In this document: one piece after another, positions 9,212 to 16,046 of the stretch | Layout of the letters: each line of letters starts with the position of its first letter | How positions within the stretch are numbered: position 1 is the first letter of the stretch | From: an uncultured virus (IMG/VR IMGVR_UViG_3300013110_000406) | Taxonomy: Duplodnaviria > Heunggongvirae > Uroviricota > Caudoviricetes | Virus record (IMG/VR): IMGVR_UViG_3300013110_000406 | DNA: 20,000 bases | Direction: 5' to 3' (one strand) | The notes under the pieces: generated by a model | Databases searched by the model: none | Told to the model about the DNA's origin: nothing | The model's input: the letters and a program-made list of their open reading frames with translations, nothing else | Program-made: the position numbers and the translations under genes

Positions 9212-9434
9212 AAAAACTTCTCGTGTGTCACCTGGAGAGTATCTTTTGCATACTCCATCACAACAAATTGTATTATGTGGCGCGATAAAGCGCGATGAGG
9301 GAATGATTAGGGCTTTAGCCAGCGGGCGCCTGCTGGAAGACAAGATAGAAAATTTCCAGAAGATTTTTCTGCCTCGTGAAGAGTTGAGAAAAAGAAAAGT
9401 GAAACGACCCTGTTCGGGATGCAAAGGCTCATGA
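9192..9434 (+). CDS. hypothetical protein with terminal CxxC
   Basis: GAGGA SD before ATG 9192; ends PCSGCKGS. Confidence 0.65.
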   Translation: MKFQAIKKTSRVSPGEYLLHTPSQQIVLCGAIKRDEGMIRALASGRLLEDKIENFQKIFLPREELRKRKVKRPCSGCKGS

Positions 9435-9640
9435 AAAACCCCATTGAATCAATGCGCCATTTTTGTGTGATTCAATTGGAATTGCTCAAGACGCGGGAAC
9501 ATAAACTAAGGAAAGAAATAGAAGATTGCGAGATCCAACGGGAGTTTTTATCGCAGGTATTAAAAGATATTGGAGACGTAAATCAATTCGAAGGAGATAT
9601 AATCAGTAATCTCCTAGATACTATAAGGAGGAATAGATAA
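9431..9640 (+). CDS. hypothetical coiled-coil protein
   Basis: ATGA overlap with upstream stop. Confidence 0.6.
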   Translation: MKNPIESMRHFCVIQLELLKTREHKLRKEIEDCEIQREFLSQVLKDIGDVNQFEGDIISNLLDTIRRNR

Positions 9641-9915
9641 TGACAAGCAAATATATCCCTAATCCCCGGCGGGTAGAGGGCCCTCTCAACGAGGTAGAAA
9701 AGAGAATCGAAGATTTTGTTTATAACCTTTATTTTTCATATGTGTTTGATGAAACTGTTAAGTCCCATCAACAACTTCAAGATGATTACATTGAGGCATT
9801 CTTAGATCAAGACGACGAAAAGATGCGTGCCATTAATAGAGAGTTAGTTGTTGTGGAGTCGGCATTTGAAGTTACAGCTAATATGATAGACGCTGTTGAG
9901 GAAGTGTATTCTTGA
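9640..9915 (+). CDS. hypothetical protein
   Basis: AGGAGG SD, TAATG overlap. Confidence 0.7.
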   Translation: MTSKYIPNPRRVEGPLNEVEKRIEDFVYNLYFSYVFDETVKSHQQLQDDYIEAFLDQDDEKMRAINRELVVVESAFEVTANMIDAVEEVYS

Positions 9916-10178
9916 CCAAGATTTATTGTTATTGTCTCTTTGATGGACGAGGCAATTTTCACGGGGTCTACTCTTCGGTAACTGCTGTCCATCGAGATGC
10001 GTTAAAGATCTGCAACAAAGGTTCTGGGCATGTCACGATGGAGACTTCTACCGGACCCATTCCTCCTTCTGCCACTCTCCTCCGAAATGCTTTTAAGGGT
10101 GCGTTTGATGTGCAGGTGCATTATTCGGGCGGGCCCGGAAACCAAGCTAAGATTATAAAGACTAAACTAAAGGAGTAA
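9912..10178 (+). CDS. hypothetical protein
   Basis: GAGGA SD, TTGA overlap. Confidence 0.65.
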   Translation: MTKIYCYCLFDGRGNFHGVYSSVTAVHRDALKICNKGSGHVTMETSTGPIPPSATLLRNAFKGAFDVQVHYSGGPGNQAKIIKTKLKE

Positions 10179-10179
10179 G

Positions 10180-10425
10180 ATGACCTATTTTGTATATGGG
10201 ATTACGGACTGTCCGGCCTGTCTCCGAGCGTGTGCAGACTTGATGGAAGCAGATTTAGAATATGTTTTTATAGAAACTGATTTTGCACCCACTTATCGAT
10301 CTCAACTCAAAAAGCAATATCGACGCTCCACATTTCCTATTATTATTAGAGAGAGTGGGCCCGAAACGTTAATAATTGGGGGCCATGACGATTTAACCAT
10401 CCATTTAGCCAAGCGTTCTGGTTGA
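10180..10425 (+). CDS. glutaredoxin
   Basis: CPAC active site, TFPII cis-Pro motif, IGGHDDL motif; AAGGAG SD. Confidence 0.85.
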   Translation: MTYFVYGITDCPACLRACADLMEADLEYVFIETDFAPTYRSQLKKQYRRSTFPIIIRESGPETLIIGGHDDLTIHLAKRSG

Positions 10426-10466
10426 CAAAAACTTTACTTGCAACTGATCCTCACGCGTGCTATATT
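10422..10466 (+). promoter_or_regulatory. sigma70-type promoter cassette (degenerate copy)
   Basis: TTGACA, then TTGCAA-17 bp-TATATT with extended -10 TG. Confidence 0.6.
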
Positions 10467-10489
10467 ATGATCAGACACATACTTACTAT

Positions 10490-10738
10490 GTGGAACTTAA
10501 ACGAGGAGACTTAGTAAGATGGGTAACAGACTGGGGGATTTATGCAGCGAGCGCGGATGGGTACGTCCAACGAGAATACCCACAATATGCTTACGGCGTC
10601 ATAATGGAAGTATCCCATCGAGACCCCGATGCTGTAGTGGTTTATTGCTACGATTCCAAACACGAATTCGCGGAACAAGACACGTGGGTTATCCTGCATC
10701 TGGTTCACGACGAATTCGAGTTAGTAAGCGAGGGTTAA
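10490..10738 (+). CDS. small KOW/SH3-like 'GDLV' family protein
   Basis: MELKRGDLVRW...GVIMEV...FELVSEG; GTG start inferred downstream of promoter. Confidence 0.6.
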   Translation: MELKRGDLVRWVTDWGIYAASADGYVQREYPQYAYGVIMEVSHRDPDAVVVYCYDSKHEFAEQDTWVILHLVHDEFELVSEG

Positions 10739-10741
10739 AAT

Positions 10742-11017
10742 GTGTCTAAGGCGACCGAAGAAGAGGCGCTGGAAGCGCTTAAAAAAGAAATCCGGGTATG
10801 GTGTCACACACCATTTTTGGTTAATACAGGAACAGATGACGGGGGGCGTTATCTGCAAATCTGGATCGAACGCCAGGAACCATCAGCACGTTTGGACGCC
10901 TGGATGGTAGAAATGCTCCCCGGTAGTAAATATATGGGTTGGCGCTTAATTGTAAGCAAGTGCCCACCCGACTATATAAGATTATTTATTTTAAATAAAA
11001 AACAAAAGGATTGGTAA
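10742..11017 (+). CDS. hypothetical protein
   Basis: GAGG SD, packed ORF. Confidence 0.65.
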   Translation: MSKATEEEALEALKKEIRVWCHTPFLVNTGTDDGGRYLQIWIERQEPSARLDAWMVEMLPGSKYMGWRLIVSKCPPDYIRLFILNKKQKDW

Positions 11018-11361
11018 TGGAGGTTGGGGAACTGGTTTGTTTATACCGACGAAAGCATAAAGGGATTGGAATCGTCTTAGAAAAAGAAACGATTAGCGAT
11101 GAAAAAATAAGAATAATAGAGATTGCTCAAAAAGCCGACTGGAAACAAAAAGAAGAACTAAAACGCAAAGCTCTTAGTGGGGCGTCTCAAAAAGGATTAA
11201 TCGAAGCGGCCTTTCTCTATAACTTGTGGCAAGCGAACGCGAAGCTCAAAAAGGATTTTGTTTATATTAAATGGTTTCAGTGTCCCTCGGAGTATGAACA
11301 GACAAAAACTACCACGGATGCTGATTGGTTTCCGGTTGATTGGGTGGGAAGAATAAACTAA
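11017..11361 (+). CDS. 'GDLV'-family-like protein with insertion
   Basis: MEVGELVCL...GIGIVLE; TAATG overlap. Confidence 0.6.
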   Translation: MEVGELVCLYRRKHKGIGIVLEKETISDEKIRIIEIAQKADWKQKEELKRKALSGASQKGLIEAAFLYNLWQANAKLKKDFVYIKWFQCPSEYEQTKTTTDADWFPVDWVGRIN

Positions 11362-11377
11362 CTCTATACTTAGTTAT

Positions 11378-11647
11378 GTGGCAACTACTCACATTCCAGT
11401 CTACAAAATCGGGGATCTTGTAAAGTGTATTTATGATCTATTCGATCACTACCAGTATTTCTGGGATCAAGAGCCCGCAAGTGGCTATCCTTTCCACGGG
11501 ATTATCATAGATATCCAAGACAATATGCTGATGGACGAAGAGGTTCACGAATACGGTTATGAGAAACTTTATATTGTTCGCTGTTTCGATGGACACGTCA
11601 GATTTTTTGCTCACTGGGAAATGCGGCTCGTGTCAACATCTTCTTGA
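11378..11647 (+). CDS. small KOW/SH3-like 'GDLV' family protein
   Basis: YKIGDLVKC...GIIIDI...MRLVS. Confidence 0.65.
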   Translation: MATTHIPVYKIGDLVKCIYDLFDHYQYFWDQEPASGYPFHGIIIDIQDNMLMDEEVHEYGYEKLYIVRCFDGHVRFFAHWEMRLVSTSS

Positions 11648-11687
11648 CAACTTTGTGGTTGACACCGGTATTAGAAGATGCTATATT
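11633..11687 (+). promoter_or_regulatory. triple-box sigma70 promoter cassette
   Basis: TCAACA-5-TTGACA-9-TTGACA-17-TATATT. Confidence 0.8.
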
Positions 11688-11695
11688 AAGAACAT

Positions 11696-11783
11696 GGCCG
11701 AGTGGTGGAATAGGTAGACACACCGGACTTAAAATCCGTTGATCATTATGATCGTGAGGGTTCAAGTCCCTCCTCGGCTACCA
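11696..11783 (+). tRNA. trnL: tRNA-Leu(UAA)
   Basis: Acceptor GGCCGAG/CTCGGCT, anticodon loop CTTAAAA, long variable arm GATCATTATGATC, GGTTCAAG T-loop, encoded CCA. Confidence 0.95.
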
Positions 11784-11784
11784 C

Positions 11785-11839
11785 CTTACATCTTCTTGAC
11801 AACTTTTGGCTTGACCACACAAACTGGGCATGCTATATT
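11785..11839 (+). promoter_or_regulatory. triple-box sigma70 promoter cassette
   Basis: CTTACA-5-TTGACA-9-TTGACC-17-TATATT. Confidence 0.8.
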
Positions 11840-11896
11840 ATGAACACTGACCACATTAACATCTTCACCGACGAAGAAATCAACAAGGAGCTACGG

Positions 11897-12280
11897 ATGG
11901 GCACCCGCTCACACATTTATATTGAAACCGAACCAGGAAGATTTCTGGGAACTTACTGTCAGTTTGACGGCTATCCTTCCCATATGTTTCCACAACTTGA
12001 AAAGCGCAGCCATGACGAAGTATATAGTATTATCGTCAGAGGACAAACACGCGGTGGCTTGGTAGGCATTGCTGCTACGCCGTCTTCTCCTATTGAATAT
12101 CAAGATGGAATGGGGGAAGCATCTTTTCTTTTTAATCCGACAGACTATCTCGAAAGCACCTGCGTTAACTACGTTTATGTAAAGCGACTGGATGGAACGG
12201 TACTATGGCGGGAAACCCGCAACGCTGAACCTGGAATCCCGATGCCCTGGTATAACACAGCACCCGAGGAGGAAGAATAA
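11897..12280 (+). CDS. conserved phage hypothetical protein (MGTRS...YC.FDGYP family)
   Basis: AAGGAG SD before ATG 11897; motif recalled from large-phage early genes. Confidence 0.7.
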   Translation: MGTRSHIYIETEPGRFLGTYCQFDGYPSHMFPQLEKRSHDEVYSIIVRGQTRGGLVGIAATPSSPIEYQDGMGEASFLFNPTDYLESTCVNYVYVKRLDGTVLWRETRNAEPGIPMPWYNTAPEEEE

Positions 12281-12281
12281 A

Positions 12282-12503
12282 ATGATGTTTGAAGCAGGCG
12301 AAAAAGTTATTGTAATGGCAGGCAGTGTTCATTCTCCGTCCTATCTACAGGGCGAGAGCGGAATGATCCTTGAAGTATCGGGATCATCTGATTATGTACC
12401 TGAACATTATACTATTAAGTTTGAGAAAGAGACTCATATTCTTTATGGGTCCGAACTACGGAGAGAAGAAAGTGAACAAGACGTGACGTATGAACTAAAA
12501 TAA
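12282..12503 (+). CDS. small KOW/SH3-like protein
   Basis: MMFEAGEKVIV...GMILEV...YTIKF...ELR; GAGGAGG SD. Confidence 0.6.
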   Translation: MMFEAGEKVIVMAGSVHSPSYLQGESGMILEVSGSSDYVPEHYTIKFEKETHILYGSELRREESEQDVTYELK

Positions 12504-12509
12504 GTGGTT

Positions 12510-12664
12510 GGCCCCTGGAGTAATACTTAAGGACATTCGGGTTCAATGTCTACAATGAACCTTGTACCCATCTGGTGAGGTGAAACCTGCGAGGGTAATG
12601 CAGGAGTGGAAAGTAGGCTAACGAGTGGAAGACGCGGTGAAGACAGCGTTCCTCTCCAGGGGCC
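12510..12664 (+). ncRNA. candidate structured non-coding RNA (unassigned)
   Basis: Intergenic, closed by perfect 11-bp GGCCCCTGGAG/CTCCAGGGGCC with several internal helices. Confidence 0.6.
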
Positions 12665-12709
12665 TTTACATTGATTTGACTTGACAAAGAGAAGAAAATG
12701 AGATATATT
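12665..12709 (+). promoter_or_regulatory. sigma70 promoter cassette (degenerate copy)
   Basis: TTTACA, then TTGACA(12681)-17-TATATT. Confidence 0.75.
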
Positions 12710-12715
12710 ATACAT

Positions 12716-12922
12716 ATGAAAAAGGGTGACGTAGTTAAGTTTGTTTCTCCCCCAGGACTTCACCACTTGGATTCGGTGATGAACTGGAAACAGCAGAGTC
12801 CTGGTTTGGTCGTGGGGAGCAAAGACACTTCTCTCAAGAAGCGGTCTTATGAAGTGCTGTGGAAGAACGGCGAAAGAACTTTTGAATGGGAATCATATTT
12901 GGAGATTATTAGTAAAGCATGA
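12716..12922 (+). CDS. small KOW/SH3-like 'GDLV' family protein (probably leaderless)
   Basis: MKKGDVVKF...GLVVG...YEVLW...LEIISKA. Confidence 0.7.
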   Translation: MKKGDVVKFVSPPGLHHLDSVMNWKQQSPGLVVGSKDTSLKKRSYEVLWKNGERTFEWESYLEIISKA

Positions 12923-13098
12923 TTTATACAGTTATTTATACAGATTACAAAAACGATTTGAAGTCCGAGGTAACGGATGGTCCGATGGACCGACCCGAAG
13001 CCTGGAAGGAAATGAAACGAGAATACGGCACAGTGCTGGCAATGGTGCCTGGGAGTCATCCCGTGTATACCAGCGGCTCAATGGAGCGAAAAGATTAG
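12919..13098 (+). CDS. hypothetical protein (59 aa, not in ORF track)
   Basis: ATGA overlap; MIYTVIYTDYKNDLKSEV...AMVPGSHPVYTSGSMERKD. Confidence 0.55.
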   Translation: MIYTVIYTDYKNDLKSEVTDGPMDRPEAWKEMKREYGTVLAMVPGSHPVYTSGSMERKD

Positions 13099-13158
13099 GA
13101 GACTGCTTACAGAGCATAAACAGTAAAGCTGGACGCTCAAAACATTAACCCCTATCCT

Positions 13159-13234
13159 GCGCCGGTAGCTCAGGGGTTAGAGCGTTGTTCTTATAAAGCA
13201 AATGTCGGTGGTTCAAGTCCACCCCGGCGTACCA
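13159..13234 (+). tRNA. trnI: tRNA-Ile(UAU)
   Basis: Acceptor GCGCCGG/CCGGCGT, anticodon arm TTGTT-CTTATAA-AGCAA, GGTTCAAG, CCA. Confidence 0.92.
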
Positions 13235-13262
13235 TTTTTTTATGACGAGGATATATACTAAT

Positions 13263-13451
13263 ATGAGCCATCACTATGGAGAATACTGGTCAAGCTGGAG
13301 CCACCAGCCTGCCACACCTAAAGAGCCTGAACTGCTTGAAGAGATTAAAACATTTCTTTTGACTCTCCATGAGAGTGATAAAGCTGCGGAGTTACTCCAA
13401 AAAATAGAGGCGGAAGCCGCCAAAGCGAATAAGCCTAAAACTGATTTTTAA
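13263..13451 (+). CDS. hypothetical protein
   Basis: GAGGA upstream; TAATG overlap with next ORF; start uncertain (13242 or 13263). Confidence 0.55.
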   Translation: MSHHYGEYWSSWSHQPATPKEPELLEEIKTFLLTLHESDKAAELLQKIEAEAAKANKPKTDF

Positions 13452-13675
13452 TGTTACCAGAGATTGACTGGCTTGAACACCAAATAGCGCAACTGCGAGA
13501 GCGGTGCGATCAGCTTGAGAAAGAAAACTTTGAGCTTAAGCGATGCATTGGCCGAGCTATCACAAACCTGGAACGAGATAATCAGCAGACCCGAGAATAC
13601 ATTGAGAAAGAAGAAACGAAAATCGTAGCGTTCGCCCCCAACTTCAAGAAGCCGAAGTGGGAAACGCAAGATTAA
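13451..13675 (+). CDS. hypothetical coiled-coil protein
   Basis: Heptad pattern LEHQIAQLRERCDQLEKENFELK. Confidence 0.6.
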   Translation: MLPEIDWLEHQIAQLRERCDQLEKENFELKRCIGRAITNLERDNQQTREYIEKEETKIVAFAPNFKKPKWETQD

Positions 13676-13686
13676 CCTTTCAATTT

Positions 13687-13762
13687 GGGTCCATAGCTCA
13701 ATAGGTAGAGCATCGGACTTTTAATCCGCAGGTCGTGGGTTCGATTCCCACTGGACCCACCA
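13687..13762 (+). tRNA. trnK: tRNA-Lys(UUU)
   Basis: Acceptor GGGTCCA/TGGACCC, anticodon loop CTTTTAA, GGTTCGAT, CCA. Confidence 0.95.
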
Positions 13763-13780
13763 TTTTTTTAAGAGAGAACA

Positions 13781-13957
13781 ATGAAACAAGAACACTATAT
13801 TATTCAAGAATATAATCGCAAGACTCAAAAATATACGACGATAGGTGAAGCTCAAGGGCTCACTGCCGACGCTGCCAAACTCAAGTTTATTGAGCAGACC
13901 AACTGGAAGCCGCGCCGCAACATTATCCTTTTCGTCCAGCACCCCCTCTGTCGTTGA
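13781..13957 (+). CDS. hypothetical protein (58 aa, not in ORF track)
   Basis: GAGAG upstream; MKQEHYIIQEY...HPLCR; stop lies in the first TTGACA box. Confidence 0.6.
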   Translation: MKQEHYIIQEYNRKTQKYTTIGEAQGLTADAAKLKFIEQTNWKPRRNIILFVQHPLCR

Positions 13958-14008
13958 CATTTACTTGACAACTTTGGGGTGGACAAGTGGCTTGCCCTAT
14001 GCTATATT
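13954..14008 (+). promoter_or_regulatory. triple-box sigma70 promoter cassette
   Basis: TTGACA-5-TTGACA-9-TGGACA-17-TATATT. Confidence 0.8.
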
Positions 14009-14014
14009 GTATGT

Positions 14015-14104
14015 ATGATCAGCAAATGGCTATGGATTCCGATTCTTCTGGTATACGGTTTCATCTTTGGAGCCAGCTACCTTCTAACCTCGTGGATGGT
14101 CTAA
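14015..14104 (+). CDS. 29-aa single-TM peptide (probably leaderless)
   Basis: MISKWLWIPILLVYGFIFGASYLLTSWMV; ATG 7 nt after -10; TAATG overlap with next gene. Confidence 0.55.
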   Translation: MISKWLWIPILLVYGFIFGASYLLTSWMV

Positions 14105-14301
14105 TGAGCCCAGGCAACCTTGTAATGATTAAGCGTGCTGCTATCGGCGTGCCTGCTGGCACCCTCGCACTATGCTTGAAGCGCGACGAGAAGCGCGGAG
14201 ATTATGACGAAGGCCATGAGATTTGGACAGTCCAGCTTATGCATGGGCAGCTACGGGGCATTGAGCGCCGGTATCTTGATATTGATTTGGAGATATTGTG
14301 A
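14104..14301 (+). CDS. small KOW/SH3-like 'GDLV' family protein
   Basis: MSPGNLVMIK...WTVQL...DLEIL. Confidence 0.65.
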   Translation: MSPGNLVMIKRAAIGVPAGTLALCLKRDEKRGDYDEGHEIWTVQLMHGQLRGIERRYLDIDLEIL

Positions 14302-14501
14302 AAGTCGGTGACTTGGTAAAGAGCGCAGATCGTTTAGTTGGCAATCGGAATCGCATGCGCCTGGGAGTGATCGTAGAGGTAGACCCCGATAAAGCCGATC
14401 AACCGGGTTGTTTCGGGAGTTGTTTTATCCAGTGGATAGGCGATGCAGATTGGACATTCGTGTACGAAGAAGATATTGAGGTAATCAATGAAGGTCGGTG
14501 A
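14298..14501 (+). CDS. MKVGDLV-family small protein, array unit 1
   Basis: MKVGDLVK...GVIVEV...IQW...IEVINEGR. Confidence 0.8.
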   Translation: MKVGDLVKSADRLVGNRNRMRLGVIVEVDPDKADQPGCFGSCFIQWIGDADWTFVYEEDIEVINEGR

Positions 14502-14676
14502 TTTAGTAAGAAACCTTAACTCGGAAAGCGGTCTGCTTGGCGTTATTGTTTACTGGACAGATACCAAATGGCCCGACAACAATCAATGTACGAACCATCC
14601 AGTCGTACACTGGAACGACGGGCGCACAAGTTGGATTATGGCGCATCGTGTGGAGATTATAAATGCAAATCGGTGA
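14488..14676 (+). CDS. MKVGDLV-family small protein, array unit 2
   Basis: MKVGDLVR...GVIV...VHW...VEIINANR. Confidence 0.8.
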   Translation: MKVGDLVRNLNSESGLLGVIVYWTDTKWPDNNQCTNHPVVHWNDGRTSWIMAHRVEIINANR

Positions 14677-14887
14677 CATTGTAAGGGTACATTGGGGCGC
14701 ATGCGACTGGTCCGGCACGGAAGGTGTTGACTGGGGATATGGCGTTGGCGTTGTGACGGGCGATATTGTGTGGTGGGAGAACACACGGCGTCTTGTGTCT
14801 CCGTGCGGCGACGTAGAGATTCTATTTCGCGGCGAGCGCGTAAACTATAACCTTGGTCGGCTGGAGATTGTAAATGAAAGTCGGTGA
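14663..14887 (+). CDS. MKVGDLV-family small protein, array unit 3
   Basis: MQIGDIVR...GVVTG...LEIVNESR. Confidence 0.8.
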   Translation: MQIGDIVRVHWGACDWSGTEGVDWGYGVGVVTGDIVWWENTRRLVSPCGDVEILFRGERVNYNLGRLEIVNESR

Positions 14888-15056
14888 CTTGGTGAGATAT
14901 AAAGATTCACTCCGCGATGACGTGGGAGTTGTAATGAAAATACAAACCGAGGGATCGTGTTCAATCTTTGGTCACACAGTGATCGTACAGACAACCGATG
15001 GGATTTGCCGTCAATATACCGAAAAGAATCTGGAGATTTTAAATGCAAGTCGGTGA
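14874..15056 (+). CDS. MKVGDLV-family small protein, array unit 4
   Basis: MKVGDLVR...GVVMKI...LEILNASR. Confidence 0.8.
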   Translation: MKVGDLVRYKDSLRDDVGVVMKIQTEGSCSIFGHTVIVQTTDGICRQYTEKNLEILNASR

Positions 15057-15231
15057 CTTGGTAAAGATTGTGCAGTCAGCAATAGATCCGCTCAAGACTC
15101 CATTTTTGGAACAGGTCGGTGTGATTGTTAGAAAGACTACACTTGAATCAGAACAAAACGATTGGTATGATGTATTAACGCGGGATAGGATTCACTCATT
15201 CCGCGCAGACTATTTGGAGAAGATAAAATGA
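15043..15231 (+). CDS. MKVGDLV-family small protein, array unit 5
   Basis: MQVGDLVK...GVIVR...YDVL...LEKIK. Confidence 0.8.
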   Translation: MQVGDLVKIVQSAIDPLKTPFLEQVGVIVRKTTLESEQNDWYDVLTRDRIHSFRADYLEKIK

Positions 15232-15491
15232 AAGCAGGAGATTTAGTAACACTTTCGGCGTATGCGAATGGGCTTCAAGCCCTCCAGCGGTGGTCAGACC
15301 GCTTCCGCCAATACCATAAAAAGCAGCCCCTGGTGGGATTGGTGATTAAAATCTCCCCGTCTCGGTGGGCGTGGGAAGGGATGCAGTATGAAGTACGATG
15401 GATGGAGCCGCATGGGCCGAAAGGTCGGGAGGGTAACTACGGCGTACACACATTCAACCGCAAAGATTTGAAGTTTGTGAGTCGAGGATAG
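15228..15491 (+). CDS. MKVGDLV-family small protein, array unit 6
   Basis: MKAGDLVT...GLVIKI...YEVRW...LKFVSRG. Confidence 0.8.
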   Translation: MKAGDLVTLSAYANGLQALQRWSDRFRQYHKKQPLVGLVIKISPSRWAWEGMQYEVRWMEPHGPKGREGNYGVHTFNRKDLKFVSRG

Positions 15492-15868
15492 TGGAAAATC
15501 TCACTCCAGAAAATTTTTTCCTGGTATTCCAGGTATTTATCAAAGTTTTAGTTATATGGAGTCCCGTATTGTTTGGGACGTGGCTTTATATGTATTACAC
15601 GCGCCCTAAAAAGCGCACAACCCAACGCAACAAAGGAAAGAAGATAATGAGAGCAGGCGAAGTATTTGAATGGCTGGATCAGGGACCAGCGGTATTGTTG
15701 GCACCATGTAAGATTGCCGATCCTATTCCCGTAGAAAAGAAGACCGAGTTTCTAAAAGATCCCGAAGGATTCTTGAAGGCATGGCCCAGCGAACAAGGCT
15801 GGACTATTAAACTTCTGGAAAGCGGCGACATCATCGACGTGCATGAAGACACGTTGACATACTCTTGA
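15491..15868 (+). CDS. hypothetical protein: N-terminal TM segment fused in frame to a MRAGEV... module (alternative start 15647)
   Basis: GAGGA SD; hydrophobic N-terminus; internal MRAGEVFEW resembles the family start. Confidence 0.6.
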   Translation: MENLTPENFFLVFQVFIKVLVIWSPVLFGTWLYMYYTRPKKRTTQRNKGKKIMRAGEVFEWLDQGPAVLLAPCKIADPIPVEKKTEFLKDPEGFLKAWPSEQGWTIKLLESGDIIDVHEDTLTYS

Positions 15869-15908
15869 CAAGATTAACCTTGACTTACCGTCGCTGGCAT
15901 GGTATATT
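15854..15908 (+). promoter_or_regulatory. triple-box sigma70 promoter cassette
   Basis: TTGACA-5-TTGACA-9-TTGACT-17-TATATT. Confidence 0.85.
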
Positions 15909-15914
15909 ATTAGC

Positions 15915-16046
15915 ATGAAAACGAAGAAAGTACCCAAGGCTCGTAACTGGCTCGCTGTCCATGCGTGGAATCGCAAGGGTGGAGCTATCCCTAACAAGAA
16001 GAAAGTTATGAATAAGAAGGCATGCAGGAAGAAGGTGCGAGCATGA
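15915..16046 (+). CDS. 43-aa very basic peptide (probably leaderless; not in ORF track)
   Basis: MKTKKVPKARNWLAVHAWNRKGGAIPNKKKVMNKKACRKKVRA; ATG 7 nt after -10; ATGA overlap. Confidence 0.65.
   Translation: MKTKKVPKARNWLAVHAWNRKGGAIPNKKKVMNKKACRKKVRA

Larger units (their letters stand above)
14285..15250 (+). repeat. degenerate ~30-nt direct repeats at gene junctions (TGGAGATTNTAAATGMAAGTCGGTGAYTTGGTRA)
   Basis: Copies around starts 14298, 14488, 14663, 14874, 15043, 15228; period 169-211 nt. Confidence 0.75.

Noticed and set aside
12571..12590. Hammerhead ribozyme core (CTGGTGA...GAAA)
   Set aside because: The core should be CTGANGA with stem II before GAAA. Here it is CTGGTGA and only 3 nt separate it from GAAA.
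12510..12664. 6S RNA, SRP, tmRNA or RNase P assignment
   Set aside because: No long rod with a central bubble, no SRP domain IV motif, no tRNA-like ends or tag ORF, and no GAGGAAAGTCC P4 motif; left unassigned.
12921..12943. Short direct repeat ATTTATACAG x2
   Set aside because: Only two 10-nt copies, encoding IYT-V-IYT-D within a small ORF; no further structure.
14285..15250. CRISPR array interpretation of the periodic repeats
   Set aside because: Repeats are degenerate and protein-coding, intervals are 169-211 nt, and no cas genes are in the window.
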